From: Dimorphilus gyrociliatus
Taxonomy: Eukaryota > Animalia > Annelida
Reading direction: 5' to 3'
DNA: 64,000 bases
Assembly (NCBI GenBank): GCA_904063045.1
Contig: CAJFCJ010000001.1
Span: forward strand, 1,116,001 to 1,180,000
The position numbers and the translations under genes are program-made. Below are positions 26,036 to 38,106 of this stretch, piece by piece. Under the pieces are notes generated by a model. It was not told where the DNA came from. It saw nothing but the letters and a program-made list of their open reading frames with translations, and did no database searches. Positions within the stretch are counted from its first letter, which is position 1; each line of letters opens with the position of its first letter.

Positions 26036-26419
26036 ATGAAAGCAGTAAATTTGTATCTATTTATTGCGATAGCCGGCTACATGATTAATACGGTTACATC
26101 CGATTGTCTAATTACACCATCAGAGAGAACTTTCAAGAAAGAAGTAACAATCAGATTGCCCGATAATCGATGGAAGCGAATAACCTGCGCAGCGTCGGCC
26201 AAGGTTAACAAATGCGAAGGATATTGTTTTTCTCAAGCAACTCCTAGTATCATTTATCCGGATTTTAAAAAAACTTGTAAATGCTGCAAAACTCTTAAAA
26301 GCAGAGAAAGAAAAATAGAATTGGACGTTTGCGACGATTTTGAGTTGAGCATTTTTGAGAAAAAACCAATTATTAACTTTTACGAACCAGTTGAATGCCA
26401 ATGTATACAATGCTTTTAG
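26036..26419 (+). CDS. pburs: Bursicon beta (partner of bursicon)-like cystine-knot hormone, intronless CDS
   Basis: Signal peptide, 11 cysteines, and TC…VNKCEG-C-SQ--PS…CKCC…L--C…EP-EC-C--C spacing as in bursicon beta. Confidence 0.8.
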   Translation: MKAVNLYLFIAIAGYMINTVTSDCLITPSERTFKKEVTIRLPDNRWKRITCAASAKVNKCEGYCFSQATPSIIYPDFKKTCKCCKTLKSRERKIELDVCDDFELSIFEKKPIINFYEPVECQCIQCF

Positions 26420-27516
26420 AATTTAATGTTGTAATGTTTATGGAGATATTCAATACGTTTATGTAAAAAATTACGTAATCGTATACTATCATTTCCATTA
26501 AAAATACTAATTTATGTGTAAATCTGCAATATTGTATGGACTCTGCAAAAAAAAAAACAAGGCGTTCAATAAATTTAACGCTAAATAATTGTTATTTTTT
26601 TGTGTGTACAAGATATATTCTTAGTAACTTTTTTAAACGCCCTTATTGAAAATTGTGGCGTCCTAGGAAAACGTTTTTCTTTCTCTCTTTTTTTTTGTTG
26701 ACAAACATGTTAAATAATAAAAAAAAACCCGAAAGAATAGAAAACTCGATAAAAATTTAAACTTTATATATATTAGTATTGAACTTAAAACGCTCTAACC
26801 ATATACGCTGGAAAGACAAACAGTCTGGAAAAACAAATTACGTTCTGTCTAGGCCTATAAAAAGAAACAATTTAAAGAAAAGCTAATTAATTTGATTGTT
26901 TGATAGATGCAGCTTTCTTAATTGTGTGACGTAATAATAAAAAGGAGAATCTTGGAGGAGATTAAATAAAAACTAATATGAAAGAAATGTGACTGCGAAA
27001 TCTTTTGCATTTGTTTCATTTTTTTAATTAGAAGCAATATCGTTTACTTTAAGTTAACAATCTATAAAATACTGTAGATGACGCTGTATTTGTCTGTAAA
27101 GGAGGGCGAATTGAACTCAATACCGACTGAATCATCAAAAGTGACGGCTACTGGGCGAATAAAGCGATTAAGCACCTATGCCAATATTCAAATACTATCT
27201 AAAAAAAATATTGGACAGTGTAAGAAAGGTTTTTCCTAGCCTGTTGTTCCCTTTTAATTTTCGTCAATGAATACTTCTCTGATTTCAAGCTTTTTACATA
27301 GGGCTTTTTTCCTATTATAAGAAAATTGATGTCTCTTTCGTTAGAACTCTCAGATTAGGGCTTCCATACAACAACTAGAAGAAGAATTTTAAACTTTTTG
27401 CTGAATTATGAGTCATTACCATCTACTAGGCTTAATATAGATCATCTGCCGTCATCTCTATAACTGCATATAGTACATTGCTACCATTGATCGAGTTATC
27501 TAGGAATTTTATGCTG

Positions 27517-27555
<39 letters not shown>

Positions 27556-27977
27556 TGCTTAGCTTGTCAGCTATTAAATGAATTGCAATTAATCCTACTT
27601 TAATATATGCAGCTTTATTGTTTTCCAACGTAAGTATTATTTATTAGTGTCATTCAATAAATATAAATCAGTTCATTCTATAAAATGAAAAGTCTTTAAG
27701 TTATAGCCTAATATATATCTATACTGTATATATTATATGTATATATGTTTTACAAGTACATAGATATATATAAGTATATATAGATATAGATGTATGCATA
27801 ATCATTTCTATCTAACAATCTTCTTCATCACTGTAATCTTTCTGTTATAAAAAAAAGCATTCTTTTATAGTTTAGGCCTGTTTTTATTTGATTAATTGTC
27901 TTACCAAGTGTTCAATGCCTTCTCTGCTGAAGCATATAAAAAAAGGGTTTGATTATTAATTGATTAAATAATAAATA

Positions 27978-28700
27978 TTAAATTTTTAATAGCCGTACCG
28001 TCCTTAGCATTCGAACTTCTTTTTCTAGCTGTCCTATTCTCCTCTCTTTTTCATCTAATATTTCTTTGAGTGACAGCCTCTCGGTTCTTTCCTGCTCAAG
28101 GAGCTTTTCTAGGAAGCGAACTTTGTAACCTTCCGGCTCTTTTACCTCACTATGACTAACAGCACTATCATAATCTTGATTATCTTCAAAATCAGCATCC
28201 AAGTCCGATGGATTTTTGTAGGAGTATTTATATTGCGTTTCACGATTCTTTAGAATGCATGAAAAGGATACCATTTAGAATGTTAATAATGACAAATTAG
28301 ATAACAATGATGATGTTGCATCAATTAAGATTTTTAGAAGCTTTTTTATGCGTTTTTTACTTACATTTTGAAAGACAGAATCCTCACTTATCACCGCATT
28401 CTTCTTAGTTATGTCCATAACATCATCCTCATCTAAGGAATCTCCGGTTGATTCGGTTGAAATAAGATGAACAACGCCAGCACTTCGGCGTTTTTCTCTT
28501 AATTTTCTCTTTTCTTTTGTATTTTTCGCCTTCAAATTAGCAAAAGAGCGAATTCGTCTGTCACGTTCTTCGCAATCAAATAATTCTTCCTTATGGCCAG
28601 CATTTCGGATATTTGTGCGAACAGTGCGAATTTTTACTCTTCTCGTACAATTTCTCTCATCATGATCAACACTCTCTTGCGAAACGGAGCTTGAAGCCAT
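27978..28700 (-). CDS. PAWR: PRKC apoptosis WT1 regulator (Par-4)-like; last exon(s) near 27810-27930 uncertain
   Basis: SAC-domain KEKRKLREKRRSAGVVHLISTESTGD and a C-terminal coiled coil (LEKLLEQER…LEKEVRML). In-frame intron around 28256-28360. Confidence 0.85.
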
Positions 28701-29965
28701 TTGTATCGCATAAATAATTTAATCAATTTAAGGATGAGAGTAACGTTAACAGTAATACGAAAGAAATTTCTTATATTTTGGAACAATTGTTTATTGAAAA
28801 AAAAAACAATTTCTATAAAGAAACGAACTCAACCATCACCGTGGCTTTCTATTTAACTAAGAAATGGCTTTACCATCTTTTTTGCATCAGAGTGCGCGCT
28901 AGTTCTGCTACGTCATTTCCGCCTTTTTTTTAAAGTATCATTAATTGATTATAAATATTCACTCGCCCAAACTAGTTGTACTATAATTTTTTTTTAATGA
29001 TAATTTCTCAACAATTGACATTAAGAATTGAATAATATGGTACTAATCCTTGCCAATCACAAACCAACCAGACTGTCGGATCGAAAGTACCTAAAGCGCA
29101 TGCGTTGCATTGGTTTACATGCAGAGTTTAAAACTTTGTTGATCATATAAAACTAGTACTAATAACAATTAAACGTACATAAATAATTTATATGTCCAAA
29201 TGACTCATAGCTTTTACATTTGGCTATTATATTATATTCTGATGAGTGAATGTGTATTAAACACTTCTTGAAAGAAGAAATATCACATCTGATCAAACTA
29301 GATGGGATTAGCAAGGGAGAAGCATTTTTCTGATCAGAAATACAATCGACAGTGATATTTTCCATATCCGCATAGTCAAGAGGGTGGTAATTTGAAAGTT
29401 TTCTGTTTACTTGACAATTATGTGGACAATTATGACAATCTCGAAGTTGTTGATACTGCTGCTTTCCTCAGCCTCTTCAGTCCTTGTCATGCATAGTTCG
29501 TTGCTTGTGGAAAAGCTGAATAAATTTTATGATTGATTTGTTGCTGACGCCGTTTATCATTAACTTTTTGTGTCTTGTGTTTCGAAATCAAATATCAACT
29601 CTAATGAGTGATATTAGGCGTTTTAGAACAAATATAACTTTTATACATCAGCAACTTCATGAAAAATTTAATTATAACTGATCATCATCATGAAGTTGCT
29701 GAAATTTAGTATTTTCACATTTTAAACCCTCTTGTTAAAATCTATGATGCTGCGACATTTTCAAACTCGCTGTTATTTGATCAAGAAAATCTGTGCGGTC
29801 AAGGTCAATAGTGATAATAGAACGGTAGGATAGTCTGGTTAGGTTGTGTTCAGATAAATTTTCGGTGAGGGAATTCGTATCCCAAGCATGCGAATTGTGT
29901 AATGTGCTTCTAATATCGTCACATAATCCTTAATATTCTCTTATAGAGAATAGACTATAAATAAA

Positions 29966-31735
29966 ATGCCATTTAAAAGAATATCAGAAACAGAGGCAAA
30001 AAATGTTGATCCAGGCCACTTTTTACAATCAACCCTTCTTTGGACTCAAAAACCTCATGTTGTAAACAGACGATTATTAGCTGCAGTTCAAAAGTTTACG
30101 CACGTGCAATCCTTTCCTAATAATTGGCCTGAGCTGATTTTACCCACACATTTACAGTTTGCTAATAATGTGAAGAGACTGTTAGAGAATGGGGAAGATT
30201 TCAGTAAAGATATTTTCAGTTGTCTAACCGATTCTAAGGAATTAGAAAGTGAGCAGACCAACGTTACAATTTATCTCCGTTATTCTATGATAAAAAATCC
30301 TATTAAGACGTTTGCTGTATATGATGCTGTATTTAACGATGACGTCAATAATATATCTCTAACAGCAGTTCTAGTGAAAGAAGACGTCAATCATAAATTA
30401 GAAGTAGAAAACGGACCTATTTTCTATATTAAATATAATGTTAAAGACAATATGCAATTGTTTATTAATGATGATGATGCTAATTTAACAACGAATGACG
30501 TGTATAATTCATTCTGGTTGGAAAGCGTTCTATTAAAGAAAGTTAGGAATTGGAGCGATATTAAAGATTTGAATCTTAATCAAACGTCGCTCAGAGAGGT
30601 AGATATACCTTTCTATAATGAAATTTATCAAAGACTCAAGCAAGAGTATGGTTTGCCATTAGCAAAAACATGGACAGAATGTACTGATCCCCAAAAGTTT
30701 GTTTTTGAAGATGTGGCTATTGCTGCTTATTTAATCTGCCTTTGGAAGGCAGATAAGGCTAATAAATTTGTTGATCTTGGCTGTGGTAATGGTTTATTAG
30801 TATATATCTTGAATTCAGAGGGATATGATGGTTATGGGATCGATTTACAGTCGCGAAATATTTGGAATCGATTCCGACCTAAAGCCGACTTGAGAGAATA
30901 TGCAATGGAGCCGTCCACCGAAATATTTATGGACGCAAATTGGATTATTGGCAATCACAGTGATGAATTAACGCCTTGGATTCCCGTAATTGCTTCTAGA
31001 TCAAAATGCTCATTTTTTCTTTTACCCTGTTGCGCATTTGATTTCTTTTCAAGATTCCAAAGAAAAGGGAGGGAAAGAGAAAGTGTTTATGAGGAGTATA
31101 CAAAATATCTTATAAATTTATCGACAGCCAGCGGTTTCGAGGCCAAAGTAGACGTCTTGAGGATTCCGTCAACCAAGAGAACTTGCTTAATCGGTCGAAA
31201 ATGTACTTCGATGGATTATTCTGCAATTTCTGTAAAAATTGATAATTTTATAGAAAGTAGAAGAAAACTATCAAATGAAAAAGAATTTACAGCTCGCAAA
31301 GAAGTGAAACGTCCGATTTTGGAGAAAGAAACCAAAGAGTCAATCGCAATGACAATATTTAATAAATTACTGGAAATTGAACCTGCAAACTATGTTGACT
31401 TTCCATCAAAACAAAATTGGATTTGCGGAGGAGAATTAGATTTGAAAGATTGCGCCAGTTTATTTGATACGGACCAATTGAACAAATTAAAAAGTCAAGG
31501 TGGGGGTTTAGCGAGCGTACTTAAAGGTTTTACTCAAATATTTAGTATAATTAAGGGAAAAGTTCGCTTAAAGTTGCCTACAAACTGCAATCATAACGAA
31601 GACAAACGGAAAAGAAAAAAGGTCGAAATAAAAAAAAAACTTTGTTGGTTTCATTGTCATCATCCCAATAATTGTCCTTTGAAGACAGAAGATTGCCCTT
31701 ATGCTCATGGTTCTCATGACTTATTAAACAAATAA
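29966..31735 (+). CDS. TRMT44: tRNA (uracil-O2')-methyltransferase Trm44, intronless
   Basis: TDPQKFVFEDVAIAAYL, FVDLGCGNGLL, IGNHSDELTPW, LLPCC and a C-terminal C3H1 finger (CWFHCHHPNNCP…CPYAH). Confidence 0.93.
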   Translation: MPFKRISETEAKNVDPGHFLQSTLLWTQKPHVVNRRLLAAVQKFTHVQSFPNNWPELILPTHLQFANNVKRLLENGEDFSKDIFSCLTDSKELESEQTNVTIYLRYSMIKNPIKTFAVYDAVFNDDVNNISLTAVLVKEDVNHKLEVENGPIFYIKYNVKDNMQLFINDDDANLTTNDVYNSFWLESVLLKKVRNWSDIKDLNLNQTSLREVDIPFYNEIYQRLKQEYGLPLAKTWTECTDPQKFVFEDVAIAAYLICLWKADKANKFVDLGCGNGLLVYILNSEGYDGYGIDLQSRNIWNRFRPKADLREYAMEPSTEIFMDANWIIGNHSDELTPWIPVIASRSKCSFFLLPCCAFDFFSRFQRKGRERESVYEEYTKYLINLSTASGFEAKVDVLRIPSTKRTCLIGRKCTSMDYSAISVKIDNFIESRRKLSNEKEFTARKEVKRPILEKETKESIAMTIFNKLLEIEPANYVDFPSKQNWICGGELDLKDCASLFDTDQLNKLKSQGGGLASVLKGFTQIFSIIKGKVRLKLPTNCNHNEDKRKRKKVEIKKKLCWFHCHHPNNCPLKTEDCPYAHGSHDLLNK

Positions 31736-31867
31736 AATACACTTTGTATTTGTTTGATAAAAAAAAAAGAAAATATATGATATTTTTTTATGTTTTTTTT
31801 CTATAATTTTAATTTGGTTTCGCCGTTTTTAACCCCGTAGTCAGATAAAAACCAAATTTTTTCAACC

Positions 31868-32689
31868 TCAGTCAATCTTGTTTATAAAGTGTACAAACAT
31901 TGTTGGAATCTTATCTATATCGATAGGATGAGTTTTGGTAAAAGAGATATACTGCCTTCGTTTTCTTTGAAGTTCTGCTAATGTAAAGTGTTTAGTTAGA
32001 TGAACTTTATCTCTCGCATTCTTTATGGTAACATAATCTCCGATGACTGAAGTTTTTTGAGCATCAATAATTGCGCTTACAATACGCTGGGTGATACCAT
32101 CCAGTTCTTGCATAAAATTTCCATCTGAGAGTGGTTGGGATTGTGTTGACATATTCGCTGGAGGTGGTTTTCGAACGTATAAAGCTTCAAAAATTTCCTC
32201 AACGGGAACCTTCTCTTCTGACGGTATAGTTATCAATGGAGAATCCCAACGATTCATTGAATCGGGGCATTCATACCTTTGAACCAGACCGTCAAAGATA
32301 GACTCCTCATATTTCTCATCTTCCTGGCGTTGAGAGTTCCACTCTCTCGACTTATCGATACTTGTTGCGACGTGTATAACGCATTGAGGTGTCTGACAAG
32401 ATTTGGTTACGCAAAATAGTTCATATCGATACCCTTTTATGTAATTTAATGAGTCCAAAATAACTAAGCAATCTTTAGATAAATGTCTTTGCACAAACGA
32501 TTTCAGATTACCCCTAACCTCTTTTTCTTGATGCGAATTAGAGTACACAGCATTCTTTTTTATTTTTAATTGATCATCACCGAAGAGCTTGACATTCTTT
32601 TGTTTATCTTCAGTAAAAAACTTCACTAATTCATTGGCGATCTTACTTTTACCACTACTTGGAAAACCGCTTAGAATTATAAGCGGCAT
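31868..32689 (-). CDS. KTI12: Elongator cofactor KTI12, intronless (an in-frame upstream ATG at 32755 is possible)
   Basis: MPLIILSGFPSSGKS P-loop, DSLNYIKGYRYEL and RYECPDSMNRWDSPL. Confidence 0.94.
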   Translation of the reverse strand: MPLIILSGFPSSGKSKIANELVKFFTEDKQKNVKLFGDDQLKIKKNAVYSNSHQEKEVRGNLKSFVQRHLSKDCLVILDSLNYIKGYRYELFCVTKSCQTPQCVIHVATSIDKSREWNSQRQEDEKYEESIFDGLVQRYECPDSMNRWDSPLITIPSEEKVPVEEIFEALYVRKPPPANMSTQSQPLSDGNFMQELDGITQRIVSAIIDAQKTSVIGDYVTIKNARDKVHLTKHFTLAELQRKRRQYISFTKTHPIDIDKIPTMFVHFINKID

Positions 32690-32924
32690 GACTTCCAGTT
32701 GAATACATAAACTGGTATAGAGGTTAACAATGGTTTTCCGCTTCCTGTATAGCATATTCGATTTTCGATCACTGAGAATTCAAAATTGCCAAGGAAATTT
32801 GCAATCATGATCAAAGCGTGCGAATAATGAAATGAACAGCATAAAATAAACGATACACATTAAGTAGTCAGTAAAAGTACACTAACTTAACAATGATGTA
32901 TTTCTTATGGACGAAAAAACAATT

Positions 32925-35900
32925 TTAAGAGTCATTATATTTTTTCAAAGTTAAGCGAGGCACTATATTCATTGATTGTAGTTCTTGAAATAAAAGCTTG
33001 CAAGCATAAGGCATTTTCATCGATGCGACGTAACTCGACGACTTGCACATGTTACACCATCCACTGTAACCTATCAATCCACATTTAGAACAAACATCTA
33101 CTTCAAAAGCATCTGAGGAAATCATCAAACGCTCAAGGAGAAGATTCGAAGCTCCATAACCTATTAAGCAATCTCTTTCCATCTCTCCCAAACGTAATCC
33201 ACCGTCTCGAGATCGCCCTTCGGTTGGCTGTCTTGTAAGAGCAGCTCTTGGTCCGGTAGCTCTGGCATGCATTTTATCAGTAACCATATGCTTCAACTTC
33301 TGATAATATACAGGTCCAAAATATATATAAGCAGATAAAGGCTCCCCAGTCACACCGGATGTTACATAATCTTTTCCTAAGTAATTATAACCATTATCAA
33401 TAAGAGCTTGAGATAATTGTTCGATTTTATCCCCTCCGAAAGCTGTTCCGTATCGAAATTTTCCGTCCAATACTGCTGCCTTGCTTCCCATTAATTCCAG
33501 TAGCTTCCCAACGGTCATACGAGATGGATAGCCGTGTGGATTCATAATCTAATAAAAAATTTTTATCTATATCTGGGAAATTTTAGCTTGAATAAGCATG
33601 TAAAATTACCACGTCTGGGCAGATCCCTGTGTCAGCAAATGGCATATCTTCTTGAGGAACAATCAGGCCACATACCCTGAAAATATCCATTTGTTATACG
33701 CAGAACTCAACCTATTAATACTACTATTAATAAATACCCTTTCTGTCCATGTCTACTACTAAATTTGTCACCCACTTCTGGTGTTCGTGTCTGACGTAAA
33801 TTTAATTTGATAAGGAAGGATTCTTCTTCATTAGAAGATATCATTACTTTATCAATATACGATGGAATTGGACTTCTATATCTATAATATAGCATATTAT
33901 TTAAATAGTGTGAAATTCAGCATTATCAATCATAAAAACGTACGTGACAGGAGTTTTCCGGTATTCTAATTTATCTTGTGAATTTGATCCAGAGAGAGGG
34001 TTGCTTGTTACAGTAGGTGTTTCTTTGTTTACCATCACCTGTCTATTCTCCACCATTTCTCCAGGCATGCAAATACCATCAGTATCCAATGCCTTATGAA
34101 TATCAATAACTTTTCTCGTGGTAGAATCATACATAGGACCTTTTACAATATCACATGTTTGATTTGCATAACGTTTCATAAATATTTTTTGGTTCCTATA
34201 AACTAAACAGCGTCCAAATCCTCGTTCAACAGATGATTTATTTAGAATTAAAGCGTCTTCTATATCATAACCACTGTAGCTCATGACAGCTAGTGTAGCA
34301 TTTTGACCAGCAGGTAACTTGTCAAACTTAATAAGATCAAGTGTCTGTAAAAGCAAATTGATTAGTGTAAAACAAACCTTTTGGTAAAAATTTCTTACCC
34401 TAGACTTTACGAGGGGTGGTTGGGGATAGACTAGGTTATACATAACAGTATCGATTCTATTTCTTTGATTATAAGCAATTGTTCCCATTGCTTGTTTTCC
34501 CATAGCACACTGATATGTATTTCTCGGACTTTGGTTATGATGAGGATAGGGAACCAAACCGACGCAAACGCCTAGAATAGTAAACGGTTCAATCTCTAAG
34601 TGAGTCGTTTCCGTTGTAATCTCATCCTCATAGACCGAAATGAAGCAATCATTTTCTTCATTTACGTCCAAATATTCCACAAGTCCCTCTTTAAGAAAGT
34701 CTTCAAATTCTCGAACACCCTGCACAAGCTCATCAATGTGTTGCTGACGAACTTTAGGCCTTTTGTTTTCCACAATTATATATGGCCGGCAAACGCGACC
34801 TCCATCCGAAGAAATATAAACAGCTCGAAGTTTTAAGTTGGTATAAATAGAAACAAATTCGCTTATATAGCCTGCTCTTCTCATTGCTCGAAAAGCTTGA
34901 ACAAGACGCTCATAGTGCCTTACAATACCAAGAATATTTCCATTGAGAAAAACAGAATAAACTAGGGGTGAGGAAAAATCACCCGACAATACCATGTTTA
35001 CGTCTTCTACACCAAAGTTCAAAGCTAGTCGAATTATGGGTTCTTCATTCAAGTCTGTTGTTATGTGAGTCATTAGGGCCAAATTTTTTACTAATCCACA
35101 GGCTTCTCCTTCTGGTGTATCGGAAGGGCAAAGCATTCCCCATTGTGATGGCTGTAGTGATCTAGGACCACTTACTTTTCGAGTTTTTTCGAACTGAAAG
35201 ATTGATATTCTTTCATAAGTGAAAATACATAGCTTAAGCTTACCTGACTAGTAATTCTAGTCATATGACCTAAGGCTGATATATAAGAGAGTCTAGAAAG
35301 AACTTGTGTTACACCAGCTCGTTCCATTTTGAATCTTTTAATTGACCAGTTTCCCTTTTTAAAGAAGATTTTTATTTTTTATAGATGAGAAAAAAAATTT
35401 GATATCTTACTGATGAGATGGCATGTACAAGGCCATTTGTTATTTGATCCTGTCGTATGTGACGAATTATATCAAACTGTGTAGCTCTTTGTTTAGGAAT
35501 AGTCATATCTGCAATTTTCTTCAACTGAAAACGGTTAATATATGATAAAATAAGTAGTCAAAGATTAATTAGCCATAACTTTACTTCAGAATTGAATTTC
35601 TTGAATAAATCTTCAAAGAGCAAACTCAATAGTTGTCCAGCTAATTCTAATCGTTTATTTCCTACGTAGTCCCTATCATCTACAGTTGCTTCGTCGTCAT
35701 ATGCCATAATTAATCTTCTAATCATAAGAGCTGTATAAATAGCTTTCACTTTAAAATTCCAATTTTCAACCTTTAAACAATTTTTAAAAAAACGATAATT
35801 AGTATGATTATAGACGATTTAAATTATATACAGTATATTAGACTTACAGGAACATGTGAGAGGATCAAATCATGTAATGTTTGTCGAGCTTCGTCCACTT

Positions 35901-37601
35901 TGTTGAGAGGAGAATTTCCAAAGCGTTTTTGACGTATTCTATTTCCGATATATGCGAGAGCCTGTTGAAATTATCTTACTTGTTTGTTGTAGATTTTTAT
36001 TATTATTTAAATTACCTGTAACTGTGTGAATATTTTTAGTCTATGGGATTCTTCTATGCAGGGAGCCATAGCAAAAATAATGTTTTTTTCAGTTCCAATC
36101 ATGTGAACTATTTCTTGATCAGATTCTATTCCGTACGCCTTCATCACAATAGCTATCGGAATGTCCTGGTTAAACAACAGGTTAGTTTGTAAGACAAGTA
36201 AACTTCATTGTGGAAACATACCTCAGCAAGAGAATTATGTTTTAAATAAAATCGTGAATCCTTAGTGCTAATAACAGTTTTACTCTTTCGTTCATGAGTT
36301 GAACTAGTCACTGAACAGGTTAACAATCCTTTTCTGTCAACCTCTACTATCATTCGGTTTTTGCTTAATTGTTCTTGAATTAGGATAACTTTTTCTGTCC
36401 CTCGGACAATAAAATATCCTCCGGGATCAATAGGGCATTCATTCAAACGAGCGAGCTCTTCTGATGACTTTCCAGTAAGAACACAATTGGAACATCTCAA
36501 CATTAAAGGCATTCTAAAATGTTTAGTTTGATAATATTAATATTGTTCGTAAACTTGACTAGAGTAAAAAAACCTTCCAATGGGTAAGTTATTACGAATA
36601 ATTCTTTGTTGACCTCTTGTGTATTCTATATCAACAGTTATTGGAGAGGCATAAGTAATATCCCGTAGTCGGCACTATTATATTAGAAGAAATTAGCAAA
36701 AATTACTAGAATAAGGTGTATAAAAATACATACTTCATGAGGGGATATTGGTTTAGATATATTGAAACTTTCTTCTATATCAGGCTTTCCAACATAGATA
36801 TTCAAGTATCTGAGAAAGAGTTAATACATCACATTTTCATAAAAATAAGTAAGAGGTAACTTACTTCAAATAAAACATTTCATCTGCATCGCTTGTAATT
36901 AAGTTATTAGCTTTTAAAATTTTCTTTATCTAGGGTCGTTTTTCAGTTTTATACATTCTTTCGATTTGTCAAAAATAATTACATACCTCTACATTTATAA
37001 AGTAATTGAAAGAATCTATGTGCTGCTTAACTAGTCCCTTAACTTTCAAAAATGAAGGTAAAAGTTTCCATTTGTCCTGAAAAAGCAATATATGTATATT
37101 TTTGTTTGTTTTTTTTGCGTGATTATTGCATCACTCTTGTATAACTTTCAGCATTGAAAGATTCAATCTATAAATAAGACATTATATAGTATTTTGTTAG
37201 CTAGTGTTAGTTATTGCAGTTTGAATTATTAGGAAAAAAATAACATAATAAATATGTCATGCAGTTATTATTAACTTGAGATATTCAATTTCAATATTAT
37301 TTCAGTTCTTGAAAAAGATGACAAAAAGTTCATAAATAGTTTATTTTTATATTAATAGATTTCAACATGGTAAAATCTGTTCAATTTTTGGTATGTAGGA
37401 GCGATACTATACTTTTTATTACACGTTTTTAATTCATTTAAGATAATCAAGATTTTTAAAAAGAGAGAGTGCCTTTGTTGTGGCATTATCGCTCATCTAA
37501 ATATTTATCAGTTTGTATCCTAGAAGATTTACCTCAAGCTTTTTAACCGGTTCGGAAAGCTTGACTTTATCCTTGAGCATAACTTCTTCTAGAGTCTCCA
37601 T
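32925..37601 (-). CDS. POLR3B: RNA polymerase III second-largest subunit RPC2, multi-exon
   Basis: METLEE…KLE|[81 protein letters not shown] and a C-terminal Zn ribbon. All introns inspected are GT-AG. Confidence 0.97.
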
Positions 37602-38106
37602 GGCTAGTTGTTGATGTTACACAACATGTACTTTTAAATATATAGAAGCCATCTGCATGTTCAGAAAAATATACAGAACGTAAACTGTCGTAAATTTTCT
37701 CCAAATTTTATATTTATCAAAAGAATAGGTTTAATTTTTTTTATTAATTCGAAATCTTTATTATCACAAGTTAATTTGGAATTTTAATATTTTTACGAAA
37801 AGGCGCAGTGGGGTGTCACGTCGAAATTAGGATCTCCTTAGAAGAAGTAGTTTTCCTACGATTTTAAAATTAATTTTTTTAGTGAACGAACAAGAAGAGA
37901 TCAAGATGAAACAGACACAGAAACATTCAGCCTGAACACTGCAAATATTTTTTATTGTTTTACTCAGCCACTTTTGGCGTTATACTTTTAGCTTACGACT
38001 TAAGAGTTTGTGACTCATTATTATCTATTGAAGAAAATCATGTGAACATTTGTTCTTAAGAAATCGTTTTGGATTTTTAAGACTTGCGAATATATTTTAA
38101 AGTAAG

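Noticed and set aside
27070-27240. Short 53-codon ORF downstream of bursicon-beta, checked as a possible bursicon-alpha
   Set aside because: No cystine-knot pattern or signal peptide.
29410-29517. Exon-like minus-strand segment with an ATG upstream of PAWR
   Set aside because: No compatible downstream acceptor joins it in frame to PAWR, and PAWR has its own promoter-like motifs at about 28890-29110.
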